Positions 26,721-38,042 of a stretch of DNA of 60,388 nucleotides are shown piece after piece (position 1 is the first letter of the stretch; each line of letters starts with the position of its first letter). Made by a program: the position numbers and the translations under genes. The notes beneath the pieces were generated by a model that was given only the letters and a program-made list of their open reading frames with translations, was not told where the DNA came from and ran no database searches. Source of the stretch: Euryarchaeota archaeon UBA463 (GTDB taxonomy: Archaea; Thermoplasmatota; Poseidoniia; Poseidoniales; Thalassarchaeaceae); NCBI GenBank assembly GCA_002501805.1, contig DAOI01000004.1, positions 1 to 60,388 on the forward strand, given 5' to 3'.

Positions 26721-27035
26721 ATGAACAAAAGAAACATGATGAAAGGAATGAGCTCCCTTATGGTGCTGACCTCGTTTGCAATGATTGCATCTGTGGTCGC
26801 AGCTCAAGAGGGAGATGTAGAGACGGCAGCCGCACATTGGGATGCGCAGAAGCTTGGTGCTGGATTGGCACTGGGTCTATGTGGTATCGGAACCGGTATG
26901 AGCCAGGGCCCAATAGGAGCCGCCGCTGTAGGCATGATATCAGAAGACTCAAGCAAGTTCGTTAGCGGACTAATCTTCACTGCTCTACCTGAGACAATCG
27001 TACTTTTCGGTTTCCTAGCATTGTTCCTGCTCTAA
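26721..27035 (+). CDS. atpK: A-type ATP synthase subunit K (c/proteolipid), with an N-terminal signal-like extension
   Basis: AAGGAGG lies 7 nt upstream of ATG 26721. The hairpin GAGLALGLCGIGTGMSQGPIGAAAVGMISED...GLIFTALPETIVLFGFLALFLL carries the carboxylate Glu in PET. It is preceded by MNKRNMMKGMSSLMVLTSFAMIASVVAAQE. Confidence 0.85.
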   Translation: MNKRNMMKGMSSLMVLTSFAMIASVVAAQEGDVETAAAHWDAQKLGAGLALGLCGIGTGMSQGPIGAAAVGMISEDSSKFVSGLIFTALPETIVLFGFLALFLL

Positions 27036-27075
27036 GCGGAACTGGAATCGAGAATTCTATAATTGAGGTAAGAAA

Positions 27076-27633
27076 ATGTCACTAGATGCCCTATCCAACG
27101 AAATCAGCATGCAAGCTGAAGCCGAGGCAAAGCAGATGATCGACAATGCCAAAGCTGAAGCTAAGAAGATCAAGGACCAAGCCAAGAGCCAGGCGGCCTC
27201 AGCGGCCGCAGATGTAGAGGCTCGTGCTTCCAAGGACAGTAAGCAGATTTCTATCGAAGTGGTCGCCGCAGCTAGGCAGGCCAACCAAAAGAGAGCTCTT
27301 GTCGCTCGTCGAGAAGAACTAGACATGACATGGGAGTCGGTGAAAGAGAGAGTTTCATCACCAGACCTAGAAGGAAGGAATGAGATTATCCAGTCTCTTG
27401 TCAAGGAGGCGAGCTCCTCCGGAGCAGACATGGTAATGAGGCCTGTAAAAGTAGACAGAAAGGCACTTTCGTCATCTGACTTCAGTCTTGGGGACGACAT
27501 AGAGGGACTCGGTGGTTTCGTACTCGAGTCCAAGGACGGATCGGTAGTCTTGGACTACAGGTTCGATAGCCTCCTAGAAGATGCATGGAAGGCTAATCTA
27601 GGACCAGTCAACAAAGCACTATTCGGAGAGTGA
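27076..27633 (+). CDS. atpE: A-type ATP synthase subunit E
   Basis: Operon position fits. A long N-terminal helix (EAEAKQMIDNAKAEAKKIKDQAKSQAA) is followed by a C-terminal globular domain. GAGG lies upstream of ATG 27076. Confidence 0.8.
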   Translation: MSLDALSNEISMQAEAEAKQMIDNAKAEAKKIKDQAKSQAASAAADVEARASKDSKQISIEVVAAARQANQKRALVARREELDMTWESVKERVSSPDLEGRNEIIQSLVKEASSSGADMVMRPVKVDRKALSSSDFSLGDDIEGLGGFVLESKDGSVVLDYRFDSLLEDAWKANLGPVNKALFGE

Positions 27634-27644
27634 GAGGTGAAGGT

Positions 27645-28697
27645 ATGGCTAGTGTGAGTTCAGGGCGTTCCAATGTGTACAACGCCTCAGCGAGAGCAAA
27701 GGCAAGGAAGGCCTCGCTGATAGACTCCACTAGGATGCGCCAACTTCTCCAACAGGGTCCTGACTCAATAGGTGCCAGTATCGGAGAATTGGGATACAGG
27801 GCCGAGATGGACCTCTATGCTTCCAGAATGTCGGGTGCAGACGCTGTAGAAGCCGCACTTTTCCACAATATGGACAACGACGTACACCAAGTTATGAGCT
27901 TCTGTCACGGGCATCTCAGATCACTAGTGGCAATCTACGTTGAAAGATTCGACTACGAGAAAGCCAAGACCGTTCTCAGAGCCATAAACGGTGGGGCTTC
28001 TGACGAGATTATTGAGAGTCAGATTCTCCCTCCAGAGAACTCTAGGAATGCTCCATGGCTAGCTATAGTTAGATCCACAGAAGGACTGCAAGAAGCTGTT
28101 GATTCGATGTCTGGAACCCCTTGGGGAAGAACCCTATCGAAGCTAGAAGGTGAGTTAAGCCTAGAAGAAATGGAAAACGCTCTAGACATGCAGTACTTTT
28201 CTGATGCCATAAAGGCAGTGAAGTCAGGCAAGGGGCAACCCAAGCTACTGAGATATCTCAGAATGGAAATAGATCATAGAAACATCATTAATCAGCTCAG
28301 GGCAATTAGGCTAGATACTTCCCCGGAAAAACGCTCCTCCATAGTGATTCCAGGTGGAAGAATAGATGCATCAGTAATGAAGCAGGCCAGTCAATCGACA
28401 AATGATGATGAATTGTTGGAAGCTCTTCGAAGAAGCAACTCCTTCAATGACTCCGGATTCGACGAGGCTCTGAGGAAATCTGAGGAAATGGGTACTTTGG
28501 ATCCATTCGCAGAACTACTATCTCATCAGAGGCATGCTCTTCTGAAGAAGTTCTCACATCTGAGTCCGATTTCCCCATTCCCCATCATACATTACATCGA
28601 ATGCAAGGCACTCGAGGTACGAAACCTCAGGCTACTCGTTCGCGGTAAAGCAGTAGGTCTGCCAGATGATGTAATTGAAGCACACATGGATTACTAG
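27645..28697 (+). CDS. atpC: A-type ATP synthase subunit C (V-type d-like)
   Basis: Operon position and the ~350 aa all-helical repeat architecture fit. The C-terminus is IIHYIECKALEVRNLRLLVRGK. GAGGTGAAGG lies upstream of ATG 27645 (the track start is GTG 27630). Confidence 0.8.
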   Translation: MASVSSGRSNVYNASARAKARKASLIDSTRMRQLLQQGPDSIGASIGELGYRAEMDLYASRMSGADAVEAALFHNMDNDVHQVMSFCHGHLRSLVAIYVERFDYEKAKTVLRAINGGASDEIIESQILPPENSRNAPWLAIVRSTEGLQEAVDSMSGTPWGRTLSKLEGELSLEEMENALDMQYFSDAIKAVKSGKGQPKLLRYLRMEIDHRNIINQLRAIRLDTSPEKRSSIVIPGGRIDASVMKQASQSTNDDELLEALRRSNSFNDSGFDEALRKSEEMGTLDPFAELLSHQRHALLKKFSHLSPISPFPIIHYIECKALEVRNLRLLVRGKAVGLPDDVIEAHMDY

Positions 28698-28707
28698 AGG
28701 TGAAAAA

Positions 28708-29007
28708 ATGGAAATTGCAGTAGTAGGGCCTCTAGAATTCACACTCGGATTCCAGTTAGCAGGGGTGAAGAACCTGCATAATCCGTCTAACGACGAAGAG
28801 CTTTCTGAGCTCCTTAAGTCACTACTTAACCAAGACGAGATTGGGGTTGTAGTAGTAGATAATGAAGATCTCAACAAACTTTCCGATAGACTCCGCTTGC
28901 AGCTAACGGAAAGCGTCACTCCAACAGTTTTGGGGATAGGGACCGAAGAAGATAACACTCTTCGAGAGTCCATCAAGTCTGCTTTAGGTGTGGACCTTTG
29001 GAAGTAA
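28708..29007 (+). CDS. atpF: A-type ATP synthase subunit F
   Basis: MEIAVVGPLEFTLGFQLAGV matches the subunit F N-terminus. AGAGGTGA lies upstream of ATG 28708 (the track ORF starts at 28675). Confidence 0.8.
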   Translation: MEIAVVGPLEFTLGFQLAGVKNLHNPSNDEELSELLKSLLNQDEIGVVVVDNEDLNKLSDRLRLQLTESVTPTVLGIGTEEDNTLRESIKSALGVDLWK

Positions 29008-29032
29008 GCAATTAAACAGGAAGTGAAAATAA

Positions 29033-30775
<1,743 letters not shown>

Positions 30776-30786
30776 GAGGTGATAAT

Positions 30787-32184
30787 ATGAGTGGAAAAGA
30801 ATACAGAACCATTACAGACGTCAAGGGACCATTGGTTTTCCTAAACAAGACTGAACCAGTTTCATACGGTGAGATCGTCCAGCTAATGCTGAGCGATGGT
30901 TCAATCAAGAATGGCCAGGTGTTGGATACGTCCGACGACCAGGTAATCGTGCAAGTTTTCGAGGGCACCGCATCTGTCGATAGACAGACCGGCGTCAAGT
31001 TCCTTGGAGACGTTTTCAAGCTCCCTGTTAGCAAGGGCCTGATTGGAAGAATCTTGGACGGCGCAGGAAGGCCTAGGGATGGTGGACCAGACATCGTCGC
31101 CGACGATATGGCAGATATCATCGGTGCAGCTATTAATCCATATTCACGCCAGAGTCCTGAGTCATTTATCCAGACCGGTATTTCTGCAATCGATGCATGT
31201 ACTTCTCTGGTCAGGGGACAGAAGCTCCCTATCTTCAGTGCCAGCGGTCTCCCTCACAACGACATCGCTTTGCAGATTGCCCGTCAGGCCAAGCTGGTCG
31301 GAAGCGATGACGATTTCGTGGTTGTCTTCTGTGCAATGGGAATTACTGCGGAGGAATACAACTTCTTCGTTCATGATTTGGAGAGAACCGGCGCTCTTGA
31401 GAACTCTGCTCTCTTCGTCAATCTAGCCGATGACCCCGCTGTGGAGAGACTGATTACTCCCAGACTGGCTCTAACTGCAGCGGAGTATCTTGCATTTGAG
31501 CACGATTATCACGTTCTGGTGATATACACCGACATGACAAATTACTGTGAGTCTCTGAGGCAAATAGGAGCAGCTAGGGAAGAGGTTCCCGGAAGGAGGG
31601 GTTACCCTGGTTACATGTACACTGATCTGGCCATGCTATACGAAAGAGCTGGTTTGGTTAAGGGCAAGAAAGGCTCGATAACTCAATTCCCGATTTTGAC
31701 TATGCCAGGTGACGATATTACTCACCCAATTCCCGATCTATCAGGATACATCACAGAGGGACAGATTGTTATTTCGAGAGAGCTCCATCAGAAGGGGATA
31801 TACCCCCCGATCAATGTACTGCCGTCTTTGAGTAGACTGATGAATGCTGGAATAGGAGATGGTAAGACCAGAGAGGATCACAAGTCTGTCTCCGACCAAC
31901 TATACGCCGCCTATGCTCAAGGGAAAGAGCTCAGGGGGCTCGTGGCAATTGTCGGTGAAGATGCACTCAACGAGCGTGACCTCCAACTGCTGAAATTCGC
32001 AGATATCTTTGAAGATCAATTCCTAAGGCAGAGTAGAGATGAGGACAGGTCGATAAGTGAGGGAACTCTCGATCTAGCATGGAATCTACTTTCTAACATC
32101 GATACCAAGTACCTCGTCAGACTGGATCAGAAGTGGATAGATAAGTATCATCCAGACGAGAAGTCAGGAAAGGAAGAGGAGTAA
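30787..32184 (+). CDS. atpB: A-type ATP synthase subunit B
   Basis: [49 protein letters not shown] and [10 protein letters not shown] are present. GAGAGGTGA lies upstream of ATG 30787. Confidence 0.95.
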   Translation: MSGKEYRTITDVKGPLVFLNKTEPVSYGEIVQLMLSDGSIKNGQVLDTSDDQVIVQVFEGTASVDRQTGVKFLGDVFKLPVSKGLIGRILDGAGRPRDGGPDIVADDMADIIGAAINPYSRQSPESFIQTGISAIDACTSLVRGQKLPIFSASGLPHNDIALQIARQAKLVGSDDDFVVVFCAMGITAEEYNFFVHDLERTGALENSALFVNLADDPAVERLITPRLALTAAEYLAFEHDYHVLVIYTDMTNYCESLRQIGAAREEVPGRRGYPGYMYTDLAMLYERAGLVKGKKGSITQFPILTMPGDDITHPIPDLSGYITEGQIVISRELHQKGIYPPINVLPSLSRLMNAGIGDGKTREDHKSVSDQLYAAYAQGKELRGLVAIVGEDALNERDLQLLKFADIFEDQFLRQSRDEDRSISEGTLDLAWNLLSNIDTKYLVRLDQKWIDKYHPDEKSGKEEE

Positions 32185-32199
32185 TTCTGAGGTTATAGT

Positions 32200-32817
32200 A
32201 TGGCTCTGGACATTAAGCCAACCAGGTCCGAACTAATCAATCTAAAGCGACGCATCAAGCAGACCAGTAGTGGGTACAACCTTCTAAAAATGAAAAGGGA
32301 CGGCTTGTTTCACGAATTCAGAACTCTCCTGTCTGAGATGATTTCAGCTAGAGAGGAACTTGTCGGAACTTACAGGGATGCGCTTCAGGCAATCAGTCTA
32401 GCCTCTTCAATCGAGGGCGGGCTTTCAGTCAAGAGTGCGGCTATAGCGGCATCTAAGAGGCCAGAAGTCAGTGTTTCTCGTAGGAATATTATGGGAGTCG
32501 TGGTACCGAAGGTGGACGGTGAAAATCTCAAACTTTCTACAGAGGATAGAGGCTTGGGACTCATAGGTGGCTCCCCTTACATCGATGAGGCAGCGGACTC
32601 TTACTCCCTTCTAATCGAGAAGGTAGTCAAAGCCGCTGAGATGGAGGCCACACTAAAGAGGCTACTAGAAGAGATTGAGGCTACAAAACGCAGAGTCAAT
32701 GCTCTGGAGTTCAAAGTAATCCCCGAGATGAAGGAGGCGCAGACTTTCATACAGCTCAGACTGGAAGAGATGGAAAGAGAGGAAACATTCCGACTCAAGC
32801 GCTTCAAGAACAAGTAG
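32200..32817 (+). CDS. atpD: A-type ATP synthase subunit D (central stalk)
   Basis: IKPTRSELINLKRRIKQTSSGYNLLKMKRDGL is the subunit D N-terminus. It is the last gene of the operon. Confidence 0.9.
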   Translation: MALDIKPTRSELINLKRRIKQTSSGYNLLKMKRDGLFHEFRTLLSEMISAREELVGTYRDALQAISLASSIEGGLSVKSAAIAASKRPEVSVSRRNIMGVVVPKVDGENLKLSTEDRGLGLIGGSPYIDEAADSYSLLIEKVVKAAEMEATLKRLLEEIEATKRRVNALEFKVIPEMKEAQTFIQLRLEEMEREETFRLKRFKNK

Positions 32818-32870
32818 ACGTAAGGACTCCCGAAGCGAGGGGTAAAATCATACTTCCTCTTGCATTAGCC

Positions 32871-35282
32871 GTGACAGCTTCAGAGTCGGAGCCAGAAAGG
32901 CTCGAAATCGATACTGAGACTTGGAGCAAGAGGGACTTAATCCAAGTCATTTCATCTAGGTATTTTGTCCTTGGAGAAGTCGAGTCAGGGGAATACTCCT
33001 GGAGAGTAAATGGGATTGATGGGAAGTCGGAGAGTGAATGCTTACTGGATATGAATTCATACCTTGAGAAGTTAGGCATGATAGGTCTCCTAGACAGAGG
33101 AAATCCCCCTGTGATGAGCGTCGTAGAACTACCTACAGGCGTATTCGTAATGCCTCGTTGGCAACAGGCAGTAATCTGGATAACTATGTTCTCATTCATG
33201 ACTATAGCAGGTACTGGGCTATTGTTAAGGAATAATCCCGAACTGAGTTTTGGTATTCCCATCATTGCTGATTCGTGTGCAAGATTCTCAATCCCATTGG
33301 CCGTTACAATATTACTTGCCAGCGAGGCAAGAAGAAGAGTGGCCTCAAGATATGGAGTTTCTATTGGCCAATTAACCCCTCTGGCCTTCCCTATCTCCGA
33401 ACCTATCTGGCCGTTCGGAATAGCAGGGTTCATCTCACAAAGAAGATCTGATCAGGTCCCCATTCCCAACAGAAAGGCGCTAGGTCTGATAGAGGTTACT
33501 TCACCATTGGTTTTGTTCTTCTCAGGCGTCATAATGACCATAGTAGGGGTATCATTGACCTCTACTCAGCCCCCTCCTCTGAACTCCCCTCCGATGGTAT
33601 TCAGTGGGAACTCCATTCTGGAGATGTTACAATTTTTAGGTATAATTGAGAATTTGGACATAAAACTCCAGTGGCTAGATCCACTGGCGATTGCAGGTCT
33701 TGGCCTTTGTACGGTCTCGTGGATAATGCTGTTACCAGTCCCAGGTTTCCCAGGAGACCATCTTCTCCATGCAATAATGGGCCCAGAGGACCTTCTTTCA
33801 GATGAGAAGCAAACTCTGATTTTCGCTTCTACACTATTTTTCATGGTTCTCGTTTTCTCTACCGACCCATGGTTTCCATGGTTGGTAATCGCCACAATCG
33901 CAGTTTGGAGAAGATTCAGCCCCACTCCAATCTTAGATCCATTTGTTGTAGACGAATCCAAGGGCTTGGACGATATTTCTAGGAATCAAATACTAGCGCT
34001 GATGATTTTCATACTGATAGTTGCATTCCCCGGAATAGATGGGGCTTATGGAATCTCAGAATGGGACGAGGGAATCGAGACCTCCGAATGGCCAGACGAG
34101 GTCAGATACTCCGTGGGAGAGGATACCATAATTCCTCTGCAGATATCTCCAGATGGAGTAATGCCAGTATCTGGTTGGTTACAATTCAGAATCGAAGGAA
34201 CAGAGGCACGAATCGTTCTCGATTCCGACTGTAACAATGATTCTCAAACATGTAGAATTGATGGAGTTACACAGTTTGAAAATGGCCTCATTAATCTCAC
34301 TATATCAGCAGAAAACTCAGTTTTACTAGACAATAGAACTGCTAGTATCAGAATCTTCTCGGAGATTTCAGGGCACTATGAGGAACACGTGATTACCATA
34401 ATACCAGACGCGAGTAGGTATCAGCAGAGGTCCGTCTGGGAGCTCACGGGAACTCTCCAAGAACCAGTAATCTGTACCTACTTCATTATTGATGACGAGT
34501 CCTCAGGAAATGTCTCAGTCTCAAATCCCAGATGGTCCTTACTCAATGACTCTGCTATTGATCAAGGAAACAACCAAATCTGTCTTTTGGGGGTAAATGG
34601 GGCTTCAATTAGCGGTCCTTCAGACTATTTAGGGAGGCACCTTGGCCCCCTCCTAACAATTACGTGGGACGATGGAAACTCTAGCTCTTGGAGGACTCCA
34701 ATTGAGAAAACATCCCCGCTAGTCAACTCATTAGAAGGGACACTTAAGATCCCCCAGATATTTTCTGGCCACTCTGTAGGATTCGTTGAATCCACCGCCC
34801 CTTTCTGCCCAACACAAACTGACTTCCCAGAAGTTGACCCTAACATTGCTTGGAATAGGACTCTGGGAGACTACTCCTTCATCGAACTACCTGATGAATA
34901 TACTGGAAATGGCTCATTAGTAGTTCAAGAAGATGGATGGCTGGTAGTATGCGATAGTAATACAATGACCTCTTCCCTTTTGATTTCTAACGGGCCAGAA
35001 CTGTGGGTCTCCCCAGGGGGATTGAGAAATGGATCTTCATTTTCCGACTCGAGTATTATCCGTATTAGCAATCTTCAGAATGAGTCTCTTCCAATATTCG
35101 TTTCTGCCTCGGGCCCTCCTGGAGAATTGTGGGACATTCAGGCCCCAGACTCAATATCAGCATACTCGGATGCCAATATCACACTGAGCATCACGGAGCC
35201 CGGCTATGAAGCAGTTGTCTGGGTCGTCCCCGAGGAATCCAGAATAGTTGTTCACTCAGATATCAGGGAGAACTGGCAATGA
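32871..35282 (+). CDS. M50 (site-2 protease)-like polytopic membrane protein lacking HExxH, fused to a large sequon-rich extracellular domain
   Basis: The core resembles archaeal M50 peptidases: ILLASEARRRVASRYGV (where HELGHxxxSRYxGV is expected), IPNRKALGLIEV, LLPVPGFPGDHLLHAI. No HExxH occurs anywhere in the protein. The C-terminal ~400 aa has at least ten N-x-S/T sequons. GTG start 53 nt after atpD. Confidence 0.6.
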   Translation: MTASESEPERLEIDTETWSKRDLIQVISSRYFVLGEVESGEYSWRVNGIDGKSESECLLDMNSYLEKLGMIGLLDRGNPPVMSVVELPTGVFVMPRWQQAVIWITMFSFMTIAGTGLLLRNNPELSFGIPIIADSCARFSIPLAVTILLASEARRRVASRYGVSIGQLTPLAFPISEPIWPFGIAGFISQRRSDQVPIPNRKALGLIEVTSPLVLFFSGVIMTIVGVSLTSTQPPPLNSPPMVFSGNSILEMLQFLGIIENLDIKLQWLDPLAIAGLGLCTVSWIMLLPVPGFPGDHLLHAIMGPEDLLSDEKQTLIFASTLFFMVLVFSTDPWFPWLVIATIAVWRRFSPTPILDPFVVDESKGLDDISRNQILALMIFILIVAFPGIDGAYGISEWDEGIETSEWPDEVRYSVGEDTIIPLQISPDGVMPVSGWLQFRIEGTEARIVLDSDCNNDSQTCRIDGVTQFENGLINLTISAENSVLLDNRTASIRIFSEISGHYEEHVITIIPDASRYQQRSVWELTGTLQEPVICTYFIIDDESSGNVSVSNPRWSLLNDSAIDQGNNQICLLGVNGASISGPSDYLGRHLGPLLTITWDDGNSSSWRTPIEKTSPLVNSLEGTLKIPQIFSGHSVGFVESTAPFCPTQTDFPEVDPNIAWNRTLGDYSFIELPDEYTGNGSLVVQEDGWLVVCDSNTMTSSLLISNGPELWVSPGGLRNGSSFSDSSIIRISNLQNESLPIFVSASGPPGELWDIQAPDSISAYSDANITLSITEPGYEAVVWVVPEESRIVVHSDIRENWQ

Positions 35283-36226
35283 GAGTGGCTGTTCTTGGAA
35301 TCGGCTCAATAGGAGGAGTCATCTTAGCCGGACTAGCCGATACAGATGTAGAAATCGTAGCGGTTTCACGAGGCCCTACTGCACAGGTTTTGTCTTCAGA
35401 GGGATTAGTTGTACATACTCCTGAGGGCGTCATTGAGTCCATCCCTCCTGACAGGTATACGTTAGTGGACAGCGAGGCGGGTCCTCTGCCCGAAGCCGTT
35501 GTCGGTAGCTGTGATGCCGCAATTATTTGTGGCAAGGCATACTCAACACCTATCCTCTCTCAAATTGCCGATGAGATTCTATCTGATGAGGGGATTGCAA
35601 TTAGTATCCAAAACGGAATGGGGCATGCTCAGCAGATCTCAAACAGACTGGGCAGATCTAGGACATTAGGTGGGGCGACTACTCACGGAGCATGGAGGAG
35701 AACTGATGGGATACACTGGGTTGGAAGGGGATCAATCACACTGGGAGCTCTAGAGGGAGGGCTTCCCAATGAGTTCATGACTTCTCTGGTAAGTGCACTA
35801 GATAACGCGGGCCTTTCACCGATATGGACTGAGGACATATCCAGATCAATCTGGCAAAAGCTCCTGATTAATATCGCAATAAATCCTATCTGTGCTATAT
35901 CGGGAGTCAGGAATGGGGCCCTATTGGAGAGTGATCTGTGGGAGCAGTCACAAGAACTTCTCGAGGAGTCACTATCTGTTGCTCGAGCCTCAGGTATCGA
36001 TATTTCTGACTCAGAAATGCAAGATCTACTAATCGAAGTAGTAGACTCTACTTCAGAAAACAGATGCTCGATGTTACAGGATCTGATGGCTGGTAGGAAG
36101 ACTGAGATTGACTCACTTTGTGGATATATCATTATGATGGGGGAGGGGCTCGGAATACCGACCCCCCTTAATTCGATGCTGATGGCCTTGGTCAAAGGGG
36201 TGGAAATGTCCTCCCAAAGAGACTAA
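35279..36226 (+). CDS. panE: 2-dehydropantoate 2-reductase (ketopantoate reductase)
   Basis: MRVAVLGIGSIGG is a Rossmann fold. ENRCSMLQDLMAGRKTEID is the PanE/ApbA C-domain signature. The ATG overlaps the upstream stop (ATGA). Confidence 0.75.
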   Translation: MRVAVLGIGSIGGVILAGLADTDVEIVAVSRGPTAQVLSSEGLVVHTPEGVIESIPPDRYTLVDSEAGPLPEAVVGSCDAAIICGKAYSTPILSQIADEILSDEGIAISIQNGMGHAQQISNRLGRSRTLGGATTHGAWRRTDGIHWVGRGSITLGALEGGLPNEFMTSLVSALDNAGLSPIWTEDISRSIWQKLLINIAINPICAISGVRNGALLESDLWEQSQELLEESLSVARASGIDISDSEMQDLLIEVVDSTSENRCSMLQDLMAGRKTEIDSLCGYIIMMGEGLGIPTPLNSMLMALVKGVEMSSQRD

Positions 36227-37972
36227 TTAAACAAGATTCATGTTAAAGTGAAGCCCAACATTATTCCTTCTAGACTTCGATGCATCAACGACCAATTTGG
36301 AAACTAGTACTAGATTACGTAGTTCAATCAACTCCTGAGTTGGTTTGCAACTCTTCCAATATCGCGATACCTCCTTCTCAATATGCTCTACCCTTCGCTC
36401 AGCCCGCTCTAGTCTGTAATCGCTCTTCACCAAGCCTACATCCTGAGTCATTGTTGCTCTCAAGGCATCTAGGTCCGTAATTAGTGGCATATTCTCAATC
36501 AGTAGTCCGAGGTCCTCTGATCTCCATCTTGGGAGTCTTCCAATGAAGTCCCCTAGCTCGCCACTTTTCCATCTCTCGATAATATCTCTGGACGCTCTTC
36601 CCGAGTAAACAACGGCCTCTAGAAGACTGTTCGAAGCCAGCCTGTTGGCTCCATGAAGGCCCGTACAAGCAACCTCTCCTATTGCATAAAGTCCAGGCAT
36701 CGGTGTTCCTTCACACTCAACTCTTCCAAGTCCGTCTACTGCAACTCCGCCTACCATATAATGCGCGGCAGGAGTGACTGGAATCGGACCCTCTCCTATC
36801 TCTATCCCCTCCTCTCGTAATCTTCTGGAAATAGTAGGAAATGAGTTTTCTAGGTCGCCCTTATCCAAGTGCTCGGTAACAAGAAGTACGTGAGGATCCC
36901 CCAATCTCTTCATCTCGGAATCAATTGCTCTGGCTACCACATCCCTGGTTCCAAGACTTCCCATTGGTGAGTAATTAACCATGAATGAGTGATTAGAAGG
37001 ATCAATGCCAATTCCATTTTCCTTCCAGATGGAATACTCCTCAATTGTCATGAGTATTGCTCCGTGACCTCTCAATGCCTCGGTTATCAGAAATGGTCTA
37101 GGATTATTGGAGTGTAGAGCTGTCGGATGAAACTGAATAAATTCCATATCCCTAATGTCTGCACCTGACCTACTTGCCATGGCAACTCCATCTCCAGAGG
37201 CAATTGAAGGATTAGTCGTTGCTTTATGCATCATGCCCGCACCTCCAGTTGCTAGAACCACCACTCTTGACGGAAGTGTCCAAACCACTCCCTCGGGAGA
37301 TAGACACCATACTCCTGATACTCCTTGCACAGGGTCACCATGGACCTTCTGAATTAGATCGACAGCCATCCAGTTCTCTAATATCGTTAGATTCGTCTCA
37401 GACTCATCCGAAGCCACTTCGGTCAAAGCACGCTCAATCTCGGCACCAGTCCTGTCTCTAGTATGAAAAATTCTAGCTCCACTATGTCCTCCCTCGATTG
37501 CCATGTCATATTCGCCAGATGAGTTATGATCAAACTGCACCCCATGGCCAATCAAATCTTTAATTCTATCTGACGCCTCTGTTATAACGCTTCGAACCAC
37601 CGCCTCATTACATAGTCCAGAACCTGCATCCAGAGTATCCCTGACATGTGATTCCAAACCCTCCAGATCATTGGGATCCAGAACTCCTGCAATCCCTCCC
37701 TGTGCCCAATTTGTAGACGACATCGAAACCTCCTTCTTGGTAACAACAGCGACTTTAAGGCCAGATCTAGCGCACTCGACTGCTAGGAATAGTCCTGCTA
37801 TGCCAGAACCTATCACTGCCACATCAACCTGCTCGAGATTCACTTCTCCATTCTCGTCGCTCACAAGATACCCACGAGGACCCCCCCTAGAATCTTCTCC
37901 ATTACCGATTCTCCACGGCGCATGGGGAAATGCCTCGGAACCGTTATGCCGAACTGGAGGAAGCCTCAACAT
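36227..37972 (-). CDS. nadB: L-aspartate oxidase
   Basis: VDVAVIGSGIAGL, STNWAQGGIAGVL, GLYAIGEVACTGLHGANRLASNSLLE and MEFIQFHPT are present. The ~40 aa N-terminal extension is of uncertain reality. Confidence 0.85.
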   Translation of the reverse strand: MLRLPPVRHNGSEAFPHAPWRIGNGEDSRGGPRGYLVSDENGEVNLEQVDVAVIGSGIAGLFLAVECARSGLKVAVVTKKEVSMSSTNWAQGGIAGVLDPNDLEGLESHVRDTLDAGSGLCNEAVVRSVITEASDRIKDLIGHGVQFDHNSSGEYDMAIEGGHSGARIFHTRDRTGAEIERALTEVASDESETNLTILENWMAVDLIQKVHGDPVQGVSGVWCLSPEGVVWTLPSRVVVLATGGAGMMHKATTNPSIASGDGVAMASRSGADIRDMEFIQFHPTALHSNNPRPFLITEALRGHGAILMTIEEYSIWKENGIGIDPSNHSFMVNYSPMGSLGTRDVVARAIDSEMKRLGDPHVLLVTEHLDKGDLENSFPTISRRLREEGIEIGEGPIPVTPAAHYMVGGVAVDGLGRVECEGTPMPGLYAIGEVACTGLHGANRLASNSLLEAVVYSGRASRDIIERWKSGELGDFIGRLPRWRSEDLGLLIENMPLITDLDALRATMTQDVGLVKSDYRLERAERRVEHIEKEVSRYWKSCKPTQELIELRNLVLVSKLVVDASKSRRNNVGLHFNMNLV

Positions 37973-38042
37973 TGATAGGCGTAAAGGCAGGGAGGTCGTG
38001 ACTGGTGTCGGCGGAAAATTTTCCCGATACTAAGGTGATGGG

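Noticed and set aside
32804-33433. 209-aa minus-strand ORF spanning the atpD end and the M50-like gene start
   Set aside because: It overlaps two better-supported + strand genes. It has no recognisable motifs and no start signal.
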